The notes under the pieces are model-generated. The model had not been told where the DNA came from. It ran no database searches and saw only the letters and a list, made by a program, of their open reading frames with translations. This document shows, one piece after another, positions 19,893 to 28,830 of a stretch of DNA of 64,000 bases. A program made the position numbers and the translations under genes. This stretch comes from Hyphomicrobiales bacterium (GTDB taxonomy: Bacteria > Pseudomonadota > Alphaproteobacteria > Rhizobiales > Xanthobacteraceae). Position 1 is the first letter of the stretch. Every line of letters starts with the position of its first letter. Location of the stretch: assembly GCA_021323775.1 (NCBI GenBank), contig JAJPKK010000155.1, positions 9,080-73,079 on the forward strand, read 5' to 3'.

Positions 19893-20318
19893 ATGACTGC
19901 GGGCCAAATTATCGAACTCCTGAACCTCGAACCGCATCCTGAGGGCGGCCATTTCATCGAGACCTTCCGTGACGCAACGGCGAGCGGCGGCCGCGCCGCA
20001 TCGACTGCGATCTATTTCCTGCTGATGCGTGGTGAGCGGTCCAGCTGGCATCGCATCGACGCTGCCGAAGTCTGGCACTATTACGCTGGCGCCCCGTTAG
20101 AACTGGAAGTTGCTGACACGGATCAGGGGCCGGTTCGACGCCTGCGTCTCGGCATTGATCTTTTGGCCGGCGAGCGCCCGCAGGCCGTGGTGCCGCGCGG
20201 CGCCTGGCAGGCCGCCAAAAGCCTCGGCGACTGGACGCTGGCAGGCTGCACCGTGGCGCCGGGATTCGCATTCACCGGTTTCGAATTGGCGCCGCAAGGG
20301 TGGACGCCGCGGCCGTAA
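19893..20318 (+). CDS. cupin domain protein (DUF985 family)
   Basis: LLNLEPHPEGGHFIETFRD .. WHRIDAAEVWHYYAGAPLEL. Confidence 0.75.
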   Translation: MTAGQIIELLNLEPHPEGGHFIETFRDATASGGRAASTAIYFLLMRGERSSWHRIDAAEVWHYYAGAPLELEVADTDQGPVRRLRLGIDLLAGERPQAVVPRGAWQAAKSLGDWTLAGCTVAPGFAFTGFELAPQGWTPRP

Positions 20319-20366
20319 TTCGCAACATCGGCAAACGCCTCATCAACACATCAACATCTGCCCTTG

Positions 20367-20666
20367 CTACCGGCGCTGCGGACCGCGGGCGGCTCTCATG
20401 GCGTGCGCGAAAGCCGCAATCGACAGACCAAGCCTTTCGCCGGCGGCAGCGACCGAGCCTGGCGTCGGCTGATGATGCAACATGGCGCCAACGCTCTGAG
20501 GCGCGCTTGGCCCGGAAGCGATCCAGGCGCCGATGCCGGCCCGCATTCGCTCGATTTCGGGAGCGCACGGGCCGGCATGACTGCTTGACATTGATAGGGC
20601 GAGCGCCGCTGCATTCAGCAGCAAGAATCGCGGAGCAGCCACATCTCGCCTCTCAGAAGCAAACAC
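20367..20666 (-). CDS. small hypothetical exported protein
   Basis: GTG start and a signal-peptide-like N-terminus (..LLLNAAALALSMSSSHA|GPC). High GC3. No convincing SD. Confidence 0.4.
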   Translation of the reverse strand: MFASERRDVAAPRFLLLNAAALALSMSSSHAGPCAPEIERMRAGIGAWIASGPSAPQSVGAMLHHQPTPGSVAAAGERLGLSIAAFAHAMRAARGPQRR

Positions 20667-20710
20667 GGTTCGACGAGCTCGTTCAAAGCCGAGCCATGTT
20701 TCGCGGGCCT

Positions 20711-21079
20711 TTACATGCGCGCGCCGCGCCGACGCACGACCACTGCGCCGCGCGGACGGCTCACGATTACGGCGCCGCGTGCACCGCCGAGCCTGCGGGT
20801 TACGACCATCGTGCCACGTTGACCTCGTATGATCGTTGCGCCACGCGGACGACGTACGATCACTGCGCCGCGCGCCCCGGGCGTACGGGAGACGATCATT
20901 GTGCCGCGCCGGCCGCGCAAGACCGTCGCTCTCGGCGTACGAGTCACGGTCACTTCGCCGCGCGGGCCACTGACAACCGTGCGACGGACGGCGGCGCTCG
21001 CATCGGGAGCGGCGGCGCTCAAGACTCCCAAAAACGCCGTGACGCCAAGCGCAGCGAGTACCGGTACAGACAAACGCAT
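20711..21079 (-). CDS. secreted arginine-rich repeat protein (about eight RG-x-hhh-x-R units)
   Basis: Strong SD (AAGGAGG, 5 nt spacer) and signal peptide MRLSVPVLAALGVTAFLGVLSAAAPDASA. Repeats RGAVIVRRP / RGATIIRGQ / RGTMVVTRR are mirrored by DNA-level repeats. Confidence 0.65.
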   Translation of the reverse strand: MRLSVPVLAALGVTAFLGVLSAAAPDASAAVRRTVVSGPRGEVTVTRTPRATVLRGRRGTMIVSRTPGARGAVIVRRPRGATIIRGQRGTMVVTRRLGGARGAVIVSRPRGAVVVRRRGARM

Positions 21080-21341
21080 GTTACCTCCTTATTGTGGGGT
21101 TCAGGGGATTAAGCCGCGTTCGAGGACCTTGTCTGGCAGGCCGGTGCGGCGATTACGTCCGGGCGCCTTTTCTCGCGTCTACCGCGAGCTGTTTCCGAAA
21201 TATTTCTGGCTTCTCTCCCGTTCTCGGACAAACCAGAATGTTTCGCAGCCGGACACACGCCTAATCAATTCGCAAAATCTCATCGCGTTCCGCTCAGCGG
21301 TGTTTCCAGTGTTGAAACTTAAGACTGCGCTGCAGCCATTT

Positions 21342-21387
21342 CTGTCGTTCTGTTCATCGGCAGTTCATTCCTGTCGATCTGTTCATC
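21342..21387. repeat. two 17-bp direct repeats (ctgtcgWtctgttcatc) 29 bp apart
   Basis: Copies at 21342-21358 and 21371-21387 with 1 mismatch, in the AT-rich region upstream of the Arg-rich protein gene. Confidence 0.5.
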
Positions 21388-21567
21388 TCACCTGGAAGCG
21401 GCAGGAGAAGAGGCCAGCCAGCCGTGACTGCGATCGAGTTCCGCGGATGCGGAAAAGCGCGACCTTCAATTCAACCAACTGAGAGCAATTTAATTAAATA
21501 AGCGAAAATCGTGTCTGTCACGACCGCCGTGGTCAAATGGAATTTTGGCGAAAATTACTTAGATTGA

Positions 21568-21605
21568 CTCAGCGGCAAACCATTTTCTCAGCGGCAAATC
21601 ATTTT
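21568..21605. repeat. tandem 19-bp direct repeat (ctcagcggcaaaYcatttt x2)
   Basis: 21568-21586 and 21587-21605 are adjacent and differ at one position. Confidence 0.6.
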
Positions 21606-21696
21606 CCGCCATGAACGAGGGCGAGCCCATAACAGCTTTCGCAAGAGCCCGTTTCGTGCCTACAAACGGAATGTTGCCTGTGCGGTCAGCCGCACA

Positions 21697-22422
21697 TCAT
21701 GCCATAAATTGCCCGCCGTTGGCCGTGAGGGTCGAACCGGTGATGAGGCCGGCATCGTCAGAGGCGAGAAACAGGACGCAACGAGCGACCTCCTCGGGTT
21801 CGCCGAGGCGGCCGATCGGGATCAGAGGCAGGATCGACTTCTCCAGCACGTCCTTCGACATCGCCTTGACCATATCGGTGTTGATGTAGCCCGGACAGAT
21901 CGCATTGACGGTCACGCCAACGCGCGCATTCTCGAGCGCTAACGCCTTGGTGAATCCGATTTCGCCGGCCTTGGCGGCGGAATAATTGGTCTGCCCGATC
22001 TGCCCCTTCTGGCCGTTGATCGAAGAAATGTTGATGATGCGCCCAAACTTGCGCTCGCGCATGCCTTCGATCACCGGGCGGCACATGTTGAACAGCGAAA
22101 CCAGATTTGTGTTGATCACGGCCAGCCATTGCTCGGGCTTCATGCGATGGAACATGCCGTCACGGGTGATGCCGGCGTTGTTGACGAGCACGTCGACCGG
22201 ACCGAGATCGGCCGTGACCCGTTTTACGCCCTCGACACAGGCGTCGTAGGATGACACATCCCACTTGTAGACGTTGATGCCGGTATCGGCCTTGAACCTG
22301 GCCGCGACTTCGTCATTGCCGCCGTAATTGGCAGCAACCTTGTAGCCCGCCGCATGCAGAGCCTTCGAGATCGCCGCGCCGATCCCGCGCGTCCCGCCGG
22401 TTACCAATGACACACGCGCCAT
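21697..22422 (-). CDS. phbB: acetoacetyl-CoA reductase (SDR)
   Basis: ORF trimmed to MARVSLVTGGTRGIGAAI. SDR motifs NNAG and YSAAKAG; 241 aa. Confidence 0.9.
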   Translation of the reverse strand: MARVSLVTGGTRGIGAAISKALHAAGYKVAANYGGNDEVAARFKADTGINVYKWDVSSYDACVEGVKRVTADLGPVDVLVNNAGITRDGMFHRMKPEQWLAVINTNLVSLFNMCRPVIEGMRERKFGRIINISSINGQKGQIGQTNYSAAKAGEIGFTKALALENARVGVTVNAICPGYINTDMVKAMSKDVLEKSILPLIPIGRLGEPEEVARCVLFLASDDAGLITGSTLTANGGQFMA

Positions 22423-22616
22423 CAGCTCCTCCCTGCATCCTTCCAGAGCACTCGCCAGCTCAACCGATGCTGCCCCGGGGTTGCCCGGCAGAACACAGGT
22501 CGAAGCCACGTATGGCCAATCAGCATCCCCAGCGCCGGCGTTACCGGCTCGCCCGGCCAATCCCTGGAGCAGGATCGGGGCAAGGGCGACGACGGCAGAG
22601 GGGCGCCAACTTCAAC

Positions 22617-23861
22617 TCAAGCAGCCGCGGTGTAGTTGCCGAACCTGATCAAATTCTCTTTTTGCTTGTCGTTGCGCGGCTTGAGCTTGAACAAGCGCGC
22701 CGCAGTTCCGCCGAGGATGTTGTGCTTGGCCTTCTCGGAGAGGAATGGCAGGTCGTAGATGGTCGACGGCAGGTCGAAGTCCCAGTGCGGATAGTCGGAG
22801 GCGTAGAGCAGGCGGTTTTCGGCGTCCATCATGCGGAATGTCTGCTCCATCGCCTTGAGATCCTGAATCTCCATAGGCTGTGAGGAATAGTACATGTCGC
22901 GCATGTACTCGCTCGGCTTTTTCTTGAGGAGCGGGCATTCCGAGGGCCGCATCATGTATTCGTGATCGAGACGCTGCATCAGGAACGGCACCCAGGCGAG
23001 CCCCGACTCGATCCAGATCACCGGCAGCTTGGGAAAGCGCTCACCCATGCCGTTGACCACCCAATTGGTGCAATGCAAGATGTTATAGAATGAAAACCCG
23101 AGCGCATGCACCGCAATGAAACGGTTGCAGCCGCGGAACACGTTTTCGCTCCAATTGAAGGCTGAGTGGAACGCCAGCACCAGACCGCGCTCTTCGATCG
23201 CGCGGTAGACCTTCATATAGGCGTTGTCGTACACGGGCAGGGTGCGCACGGCGGTGATCATGAAGCCGCCGACGCCGTCGCGGTGACCAAAAGTCTCCAC
23301 GTGCCGCAGCGACTCGTCCGGATTTGAGAACGGCAGGGAAAGCATCGAAAACATGCGCCCGCCGGATTCGGGCAGCACTTTCTCGGTCACCCAGCGATTG
23401 TAGGCCCAGCACAGATCGACTTCCATCTCTTTTTGGGGATGCAGACCAATGTTGAGCATGCCCGTCGGGAACAGGCAGGAGTAGTCGACTCCCATCGCGT
23501 CCATCCAGCGATGGCCAAGTTGGACATCGCGGTGCTGGCCAGGTTCGAACTTCTCGGATGCGCGCAGCGGATAGCGGGTGACGCGACCGCCGACATCCTG
23601 GTACCCGATCTGCTGCGGCATCAGCGTGCCGCGGCCGCCCTTCATGCCCTGCGCCATGGCAAGCTGACGGAGCACATCGTTCTCCATAAAGGGCAGAATG
23701 TCCTTCATGTGCTCATTTTCGTAGTGATGTGCGTCCACGTCGACAATGACCATGTCGTCGAGCTTGCGCTGATGGGCCTGCTGCCGGGCGTGGGCGAGGA
23801 GTCTCGTGGTATTCAACTCGTCAACCGTCACGCGGCGTCCGCGATCGGACATAAGTTCCAT
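22617..23861 (-). CDS. amidohydrolase_2 family protein (ACMSD/LigW-like metal-dependent hydrolase or decarboxylase)
   Basis: Start chosen at MELMSDRGRR, with SD GGGAGA 5 nt upstream. Metal motif VDVDAHHYE. Confidence 0.8.
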   Translation of the reverse strand: MELMSDRGRRVTVDELNTTRLLAHARQQAHQRKLDDMVIVDVDAHHYENEHMKDILPFMENDVLRQLAMAQGMKGGRGTLMPQQIGYQDVGGRVTRYPLRASEKFEPGQHRDVQLGHRWMDAMGVDYSCLFPTGMLNIGLHPQKEMEVDLCWAYNRWVTEKVLPESGGRMFSMLSLPFSNPDESLRHVETFGHRDGVGGFMITAVRTLPVYDNAYMKVYRAIEERGLVLAFHSAFNWSENVFRGCNRFIAVHALGFSFYNILHCTNWVVNGMGERFPKLPVIWIESGLAWVPFLMQRLDHEYMMRPSECPLLKKKPSEYMRDMYYSSQPMEIQDLKAMEQTFRMMDAENRLLYASDYPHWDFDLPSTIYDLPFLSEKAKHNILGGTAARLFKLKPRNDKQKENLIRFGNYTAAA

Positions 23862-23920
23862 ACGTTTCTCCCGAATGACTCCGTTCGAGTCTTCTCGCTT
23901 TAATGTTGCGGCTCGGCCGA

Positions 23921-24337
23921 TCAGCGGCCGGTCCAGCTCTGCCACATGCCCAGCTCAAAAACCGCGAGATTGGCCGCCTTCAATAAGCCGCTTGCGGTCA
24001 CCATGACGTCGGTCGAAGTGACCCGGCTGCGCGCCGCGAGCGGCGGGAAATTGCCGCTAGCTTCAACCTGGGCCGAATAGCTCCGGCACGCCGCCGCCAT
24101 CAGCGCCTGGATCGCGTCAGTGGTCAGCACATCGGTGTGTCCGGCGGCTAGCGCGCGGTCGATATCGGCCGCAAGCTTCTCGGCGGCAGCCGAGACATTG
24201 TGGATGGCGCCGGGCGCTGGTTTCGCGGGCAGCGGTTTGGCAGCCTTCTTGGCATTGGTGCGCTTCGCGGGCTCAGGTGCGAGCCTGGCGACCGGCTTGG
24301 TCGCAACCTTGGCCGCCGCGATTCTACGCGCGGACAT
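23921..24337 (-). CDS. hypothetical protein with a Lys/Ala/Pro-rich N-terminal tail
   Basis: Start overlaps the Rieske gene stop by 14 nt (ATGTCCGCGCGTAG). N-terminus AAKVATKPVARLAPEPAKRTNAKKAAKPLPAKPAPGA. High GC3. Confidence 0.55.
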   Translation of the reverse strand: MSARRIAAAKVATKPVARLAPEPAKRTNAKKAAKPLPAKPAPGAIHNVSAAAEKLAADIDRALAAGHTDVLTTDAIQALMAAACRSYSAQVEASGNFPPLAARSRVTSTDVMVTASGLLKAANLAVFELGMWQSWTGR

Positions 24338-24689
24338 ACAGTTCGTCCCCCTTCTCGATCACTTCGTATTTGCGCAGCTTCAGCCTGCGATCGGAGACGC
24401 ATTCGCCGGTCTTGATGTCATACTCATAGCCGTGCCAGGGGCACACGAAGTGGAGTTCAGTGTCGGAGAAATAGAGGCCCTTCGACGTCTTGTCGGGCAT
24501 GATGCGCTCTTCCACCTTCGCGATCGTCAGCCCCTCGCAGGCCGGTCCGCCCTGATGCAGGCAATAGTTGCTGTAAGCGTAAAAAGCGCCGTTTTCCCGA
24601 AACACGCCGATTTCATGGTCGCCGAAGAACACGATGCGGCGGTCACCGTCCTTGAACTCGGAGATCTTACCGACAAGTTTTTCAGCCAT
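24324..24689 (-). CDS. small soluble Rieske [2Fe-2S] protein
   Basis: ORF trimmed to MAEKLVGK, with SD GGGAGGAA. Rieske ligands CLHQGG .. CPWHGYEY. Confidence 0.85.
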   Translation of the reverse strand: MAEKLVGKISEFKDGDRRIVFFGDHEIGVFRENGAFYAYSNYCLHQGGPACEGLTIAKVEERIMPDKTSKGLYFSDTELHFVCPWHGYEYDIKTGECVSDRRLKLRKYEVIEKGDELYVRA

Positions 24690-24962
24690 TCGAAGCATTC
24701 CTCCCTGCCGGCCTTGGCAGCCGGCTGACGTCCTGCCATGCCGGTCCGGGCGCGAAGCGCGGCAGGCGGGATATATCTGTTTATAGTACAGTCGCCGCCG
24801 CGATTGCCAATAGCCTCCTTTGCATGAGCACAATGCTGTGCGCCTGCCGATCGACTCCGGCATCGGCAATGTCGGAACGCCAGTGTCGTCAGGAGCCTTC
24901 CGTGCTTGCCAACCGCATTGCAAACCGGTTTGTTGCCTCCCGCAAACCGAGAGGGACGACCA

Positions 24963-25880
24963 ATGGCAAGCTACAGGCTGGTGACATATGCGGGCGCTGA
25001 CGGTCCGCGTGCCGGACTGCTGATCGGAGATGAGGTGTGTGACGCCGAAAAGCTGACCGGACACGCGGCCGATCGCAGCGTGTTGGCCATTTTGCAGGAC
25101 TGGGGGGCGGCGCGCGACCGACTTGCCAAGGCCGCGGCCTCGCCGGCCGGCGGTCAGACGCTTGCCGAAACGAAACTATTGGCCCCGGTCTTATGGCCAT
25201 CCGCGATCTATTGCGCTGGAGCGAATTACGCCGACCATGCCGCCGAGATGGCGCGCGCGAGCGGGCGCACCCCCGAGCCGGACCCTCATACGCTCGGCTT
25301 GAAGCCCTGGCACTTCCTTAAGGCCGGGCGCAGCACCCTCGCGGCTCACGGCGACACGGTGCAGATCACGGGCGTTTCCAAGACAATGGATTGGGAGATC
25401 GAGCTCGCCGCGGTGATCGGGTTTGCCGCCAAGGACGTGCCGCTCGCCAAAGCGCTTGATTATGTGGCCGGCTACACCATCGCGAACGACCTCTCGGCGC
25501 GCGACCTGGGACGCCGCCCCCACGTACCCGACGCCGCGCCCTTCAAATTCGACTGGGTGGCGCACAAGAATTTCGACGGATCGTGCCCCCTCGGGCCGTG
25601 GATCGTGCCCAGTCGCGACATCCCGGATCCGCAGCAGCTTGGCCTCAAGCTGTGGGTCAATGACGTTATCAAGCAAGAGTCCCACACAAGCCAGATGATC
25701 TTCACCCTCGCCGAGCAGATTGCGCACCTGTCCTCGCGCATCACCTTACAGCCTGGCGACGTGATCCTCACCGGAACGCCGGCCGGCGTCGGCGCTGCGC
25801 GGGGCGAATTCCTCAAATCCGGCGACGTGGTCAAGCTGTGGATCGAGAAGATCGGCGCGCTCATGAACCGCATGGCGTGA
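24963..25880 (+). CDS. fumarylacetoacetate hydrolase (FAH) family protein
   Basis: ORF trimmed to MASYRLVTY. FAH-type motifs DWEIELAAVIG and GDVILTGTPAGVG. Confidence 0.85.
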   Translation: MASYRLVTYAGADGPRAGLLIGDEVCDAEKLTGHAADRSVLAILQDWGAARDRLAKAAASPAGGQTLAETKLLAPVLWPSAIYCAGANYADHAAEMARASGRTPEPDPHTLGLKPWHFLKAGRSTLAAHGDTVQITGVSKTMDWEIELAAVIGFAAKDVPLAKALDYVAGYTIANDLSARDLGRRPHVPDAAPFKFDWVAHKNFDGSCPLGPWIVPSRDIPDPQQLGLKLWVNDVIKQESHTSQMIFTLAEQIAHLSSRITLQPGDVILTGTPAGVGAARGEFLKSGDVVKLWIEKIGALMNRMA

Positions 25881-25989
25881 TTGCGCCAGATAAATAGCAG
25901 TCATTCCGAAGCATCGGGCTCGCGGACTGAAGTCTGCGCCCGGGAGCGCCTATAATACACTGACCAGCCGGGATGGGAGGAACGCCAGC

Positions 25990-27591
25990 ATGAAACCTCG
26001 CCGCCATCGCGCCACGGCCGCGCTCTGCGCAATCGGCGTCCTCACGCTTTGGACGCAGGAATGTCTGGCGCAAGTTCCGGCGCAAACCCAGGCGACTGAG
26101 CCAGCCGCCGCCGAGCGCAATCCGCCGGCGCTCGCCACCCTGTCGCGTCCCACCGGACGCTTCGGCCGCACGCTCGGCTTGCCCAAGGACGGCAGGGATC
26201 TCTACATCCCGGACGACGACTACATCCGTTTTCCGCTGCCGCCCGGCGCCGAAGCTTACGCGGATGTCGATGCTCTGAAAATTAAGTCCGTGATCGGTGA
26301 GATCACCGCGATCTCCCGCAAAAGCCGCGAGGACGGGAACCAGTACTGGGGACGCATTCCAGGCACGCCCTATGACCGGATGACGCAGGACTGGGTCATG
26401 GCCCAGTTCAGGAAGCTCGGCCTTGCGGACGTGCGGCGCCAGGAGATCGCCATGAAGCCGCTGTGGTACCCAACCTCCTGGACCGCGGAGTTCACAGTGG
26501 ACGGCCATACCACGGCGCTCAGAAGCGTCTTCCCGATCACAGAATCCCCTTCCACCCCGGGCAACGGCATCACCGCGCCGGTGATGTGGGTCGGCCTCGG
26601 CACCGCGGCTGACTTCCAGGGCCGCGACGTGAAGGGCAAGGCCGTGATGATCTACTCCGCGCCGACGCCGGGCGGGCGAGACCATTCGGCCGACTGGAGC
26701 GGCGCCATACGGCGGGCAAACGACGCCGGCGCCGCCATCATTCTGGTCGAGATGGGATTCCCCGGCGATGCGCAGTCGGAGCCGGAAGGCGCCGTCGGCG
26801 CCAACGCCCCAACCGTCACCATCACACCCGACGAAGCCAATCTGATCCGCGATCGCCTCGACGAGGGCCGGGCGGTCTCGTTCCACCTGCGGCTCGCGAC
26901 CGAGGAGCGCACCGGGCTTAAAACAGCCAACATCTGGGGCGCGCTCCCTGGCGCCAGCGATGAGCAGATTCTGATCATGGCGCACACCGACGCCTTCTTC
27001 GAAGGCGCGATGGATAATGCCTCCGGTCTCGCCATGATGCTCGACATCGCGCGCCACTACGCCCCGGCGCCGCAAGCACAACGGCCGCGCACGCTGGTAT
27101 TTCTGACGACCCCGGACCACCATCACGGCTCAGAGGGCATCCATTGGGTGCGCGACAATTACGACTGGAGCAAGGTCGCGCTGATCGTCAACGCCGAACA
27201 TCCCTCGCAGACGCTGCTATACAACCTGGACGCCGGCGTCATGACGGCGAACGAGGTCAGCGCCCGACGCTGGTTTGTCGGCGGCAGCGACGCTTTGCGG
27301 GCGCTCGTGCGGCGGACATTTCGCGAGTTGGGCGTCGCCACCTACCGCAAGTCCGAGGTCGCTCCCGGCGGCGAGCTGTCGCAAATCTACATGAAGGCGC
27401 CGAGCTTCCACATCATCGATCATGTGATCTACCACACAACGCTCGACACCGCTGATCTGGTGCCGGCCTGGGGCATTGAGGCTGCAGCCCGGGCATATCT
27501 TAAGATCATCGACACCGTTAACACGATGACCAAAGATGAGATCGCTGCCGCGCCGATCAATCTCGCTGACCCAACCCGCCCAGTCAGGTGA
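25990..27591 (+). CDS. M28 family metallopeptidase with PA domain, exported
   Basis: Signal peptide MKPRRHRATAALCAIGVLTLWTQECLAQ. M28 motifs MAHTDAFFEGAMDNASG and TPDHHHGSEG. Confidence 0.8.
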   Translation: MKPRRHRATAALCAIGVLTLWTQECLAQVPAQTQATEPAAAERNPPALATLSRPTGRFGRTLGLPKDGRDLYIPDDDYIRFPLPPGAEAYADVDALKIKSVIGEITAISRKSREDGNQYWGRIPGTPYDRMTQDWVMAQFRKLGLADVRRQEIAMKPLWYPTSWTAEFTVDGHTTALRSVFPITESPSTPGNGITAPVMWVGLGTAADFQGRDVKGKAVMIYSAPTPGGRDHSADWSGAIRRANDAGAAIILVEMGFPGDAQSEPEGAVGANAPTVTITPDEANLIRDRLDEGRAVSFHLRLATEERTGLKTANIWGALPGASDEQILIMAHTDAFFEGAMDNASGLAMMLDIARHYAPAPQAQRPRTLVFLTTPDHHHGSEGIHWVRDNYDWSKVALIVNAEHPSQTLLYNLDAGVMTANEVSARRWFVGGSDALRALVRRTFRELGVATYRKSEVAPGGELSQIYMKAPSFHIIDHVIYHTTLDTADLVPAWGIEAAARAYLKIIDTVNTMTKDEIAAAPINLADPTRPVR

Positions 27592-27641
27592 AGCGGCCGC
27601 ACCTGTTCGAGGACTTCAAAGCCAAAAGACGGGAGGCGACT

Positions 27642-27870
27642 ATGATTGCTACGACGACCAACGATGTCGCGGATCACAGAATCGTCAAATATCTCGGCAT
27701 CGTGCGCGGCATCACGGTGCGTTCGCGCAGCGTATTTGGAACCATCGGTCGCGTGCGGCGCCAACGGGGTGATTGCCATGAGGTATGATGCGAACGAGAT
27801 CGCTGCCGGCATCACCGAGGTTTTGGCCTATGGCACGGCCGTCGTTCTTGAAAAAGCGCCGTCCCCTTGA
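27642..27870 (+). pseudogene. YbjQ/UPF0145 family gene with an internal out-of-frame deletion
   Basis: N-terminal part [36 protein letters not shown] follows SD GGGAGG and stops at 27788. C-terminal part [33 protein letters not shown] is in another frame and runs to 27870. The total of 229 nt is not a multiple of 3 and is about 90 nt shorter than usual for the family. Confidence 0.6.
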
Positions 27871-27900
27871 ATCCTGCCTGCCAACCGCCCAGTTGTCATC

Positions 27901-28830
27901 ATGGTCATGCAGCCCGTGATCTCCGTCTCTCGTCTCTCAAAGATCTATGCGTCCGGTTTTTGCGCCCTCAAGGATGTCAACCTCGACATTCACCGCGGCG
28001 AAATCTTCGCCCTGCTAGGTCCCAACGGCGCCGGCAAGACGACCCTCATCAGCATCATCTGCGGGATCGTAAATCCGACCTCCGGCGCCGTCCGGGTGGG
28101 CGGCCACGATATTATTACAGCTTACCGGAAAGCGCGGTCGCTGATCGGCCTTGTTCCGCAGGAGCTCGCCACCGATGCGTTCGAGACCGTTTGGAACACG
28201 GTGTCGTTCAGCCGCGGACTTTTCGGCAGGCCTGCCAATCCGGGTTATATCGAGAAGGTGCTCAGGGAGCTTTCGCTGTGGGACCGGAAGGACAGCAAGA
28301 TCATTACGCTTTCCGGCGGCATGAAGCGCCGGGTCATGATCGCAAAGGCGTTGTCGCATGAACCCCAGATTCTCTTTCTCGATGAGCCGACCGCAGGCGT
28401 CGATGTCGAACTGCACAAAGACATGTGGCAGACCGTTCGCGAGTTGCGCGCTTCCGGCGTCACCATCATCCTCACCACGCATTACATCGAGGAGGCTGAG
28501 CAAATGGCCGATCGGGTCGGGGTGATCAACGAGGGCGAGATCATTCTGATCGAGCAAAAAGCCGAATTGATGCGCAAGCTCGGCAAGAAGCAGTTGACGC
28601 TGCAGCTCGATGTTCGGCTCGATGCGGTTCCGCCGGCGCTGGCGCCTTACGATCTCACCCTTTCCCCTGAAGGCGACGAATTGATCTACACCTATGACAG
28701 CAAGGGCGAGCGCAGCGAGATCAGCTCATTGCTCGCCGACATTGGCCGGGCGAGGATCCGTTTTCACGACCTGCGCACGGAAGAAAGCTCGCTCGAAGAC
28801 ATTTTCGTCAGACTGGTGAGGAGATCATGA
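27901..28830 (+). CDS. ABC transporter ATP-binding protein (ABC-2 exporter type)
   Basis: Walker [10 protein letters not shown], signature LSGGMKRR, Walker B ILFLDEPT. Confidence 0.9.
   Translation: MVMQPVISVSRLSKIYASGFCALKDVNLDIHRGEIFALLGPNGAGKTTLISIICGIVNPTSGAVRVGGHDIITAYRKARSLIGLVPQELATDAFETVWNTVSFSRGLFGRPANPGYIEKVLRELSLWDRKDSKIITLSGGMKRRVMIAKALSHEPQILFLDEPTAGVDVELHKDMWQTVRELRASGVTIILTTHYIEEAEQMADRVGVINEGEIILIEQKAELMRKLGKKQLTLQLDVRLDAVPPALAPYDLTLSPEGDELIYTYDSKGERSEISSLLADIGRARIRFHDLRTEESSLEDIFVRLVRRS

Noticed and set aside
20300-21112. 270-aa plus-strand ORF spanning both small minus-strand genes
   Set aside because: The minus-strand genes have signal peptides, and 20711..21079 has a strong SD. 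The plus-strand product is a repetitive artefact of reading the Arg-repeat DNA in reverse.
25861-27126. 421-aa ORF antisense to the M28 peptidase gene
   Set aside because: It has no recognisable domain and overlaps a well-supported sense gene, so it is a GC-driven open frame.
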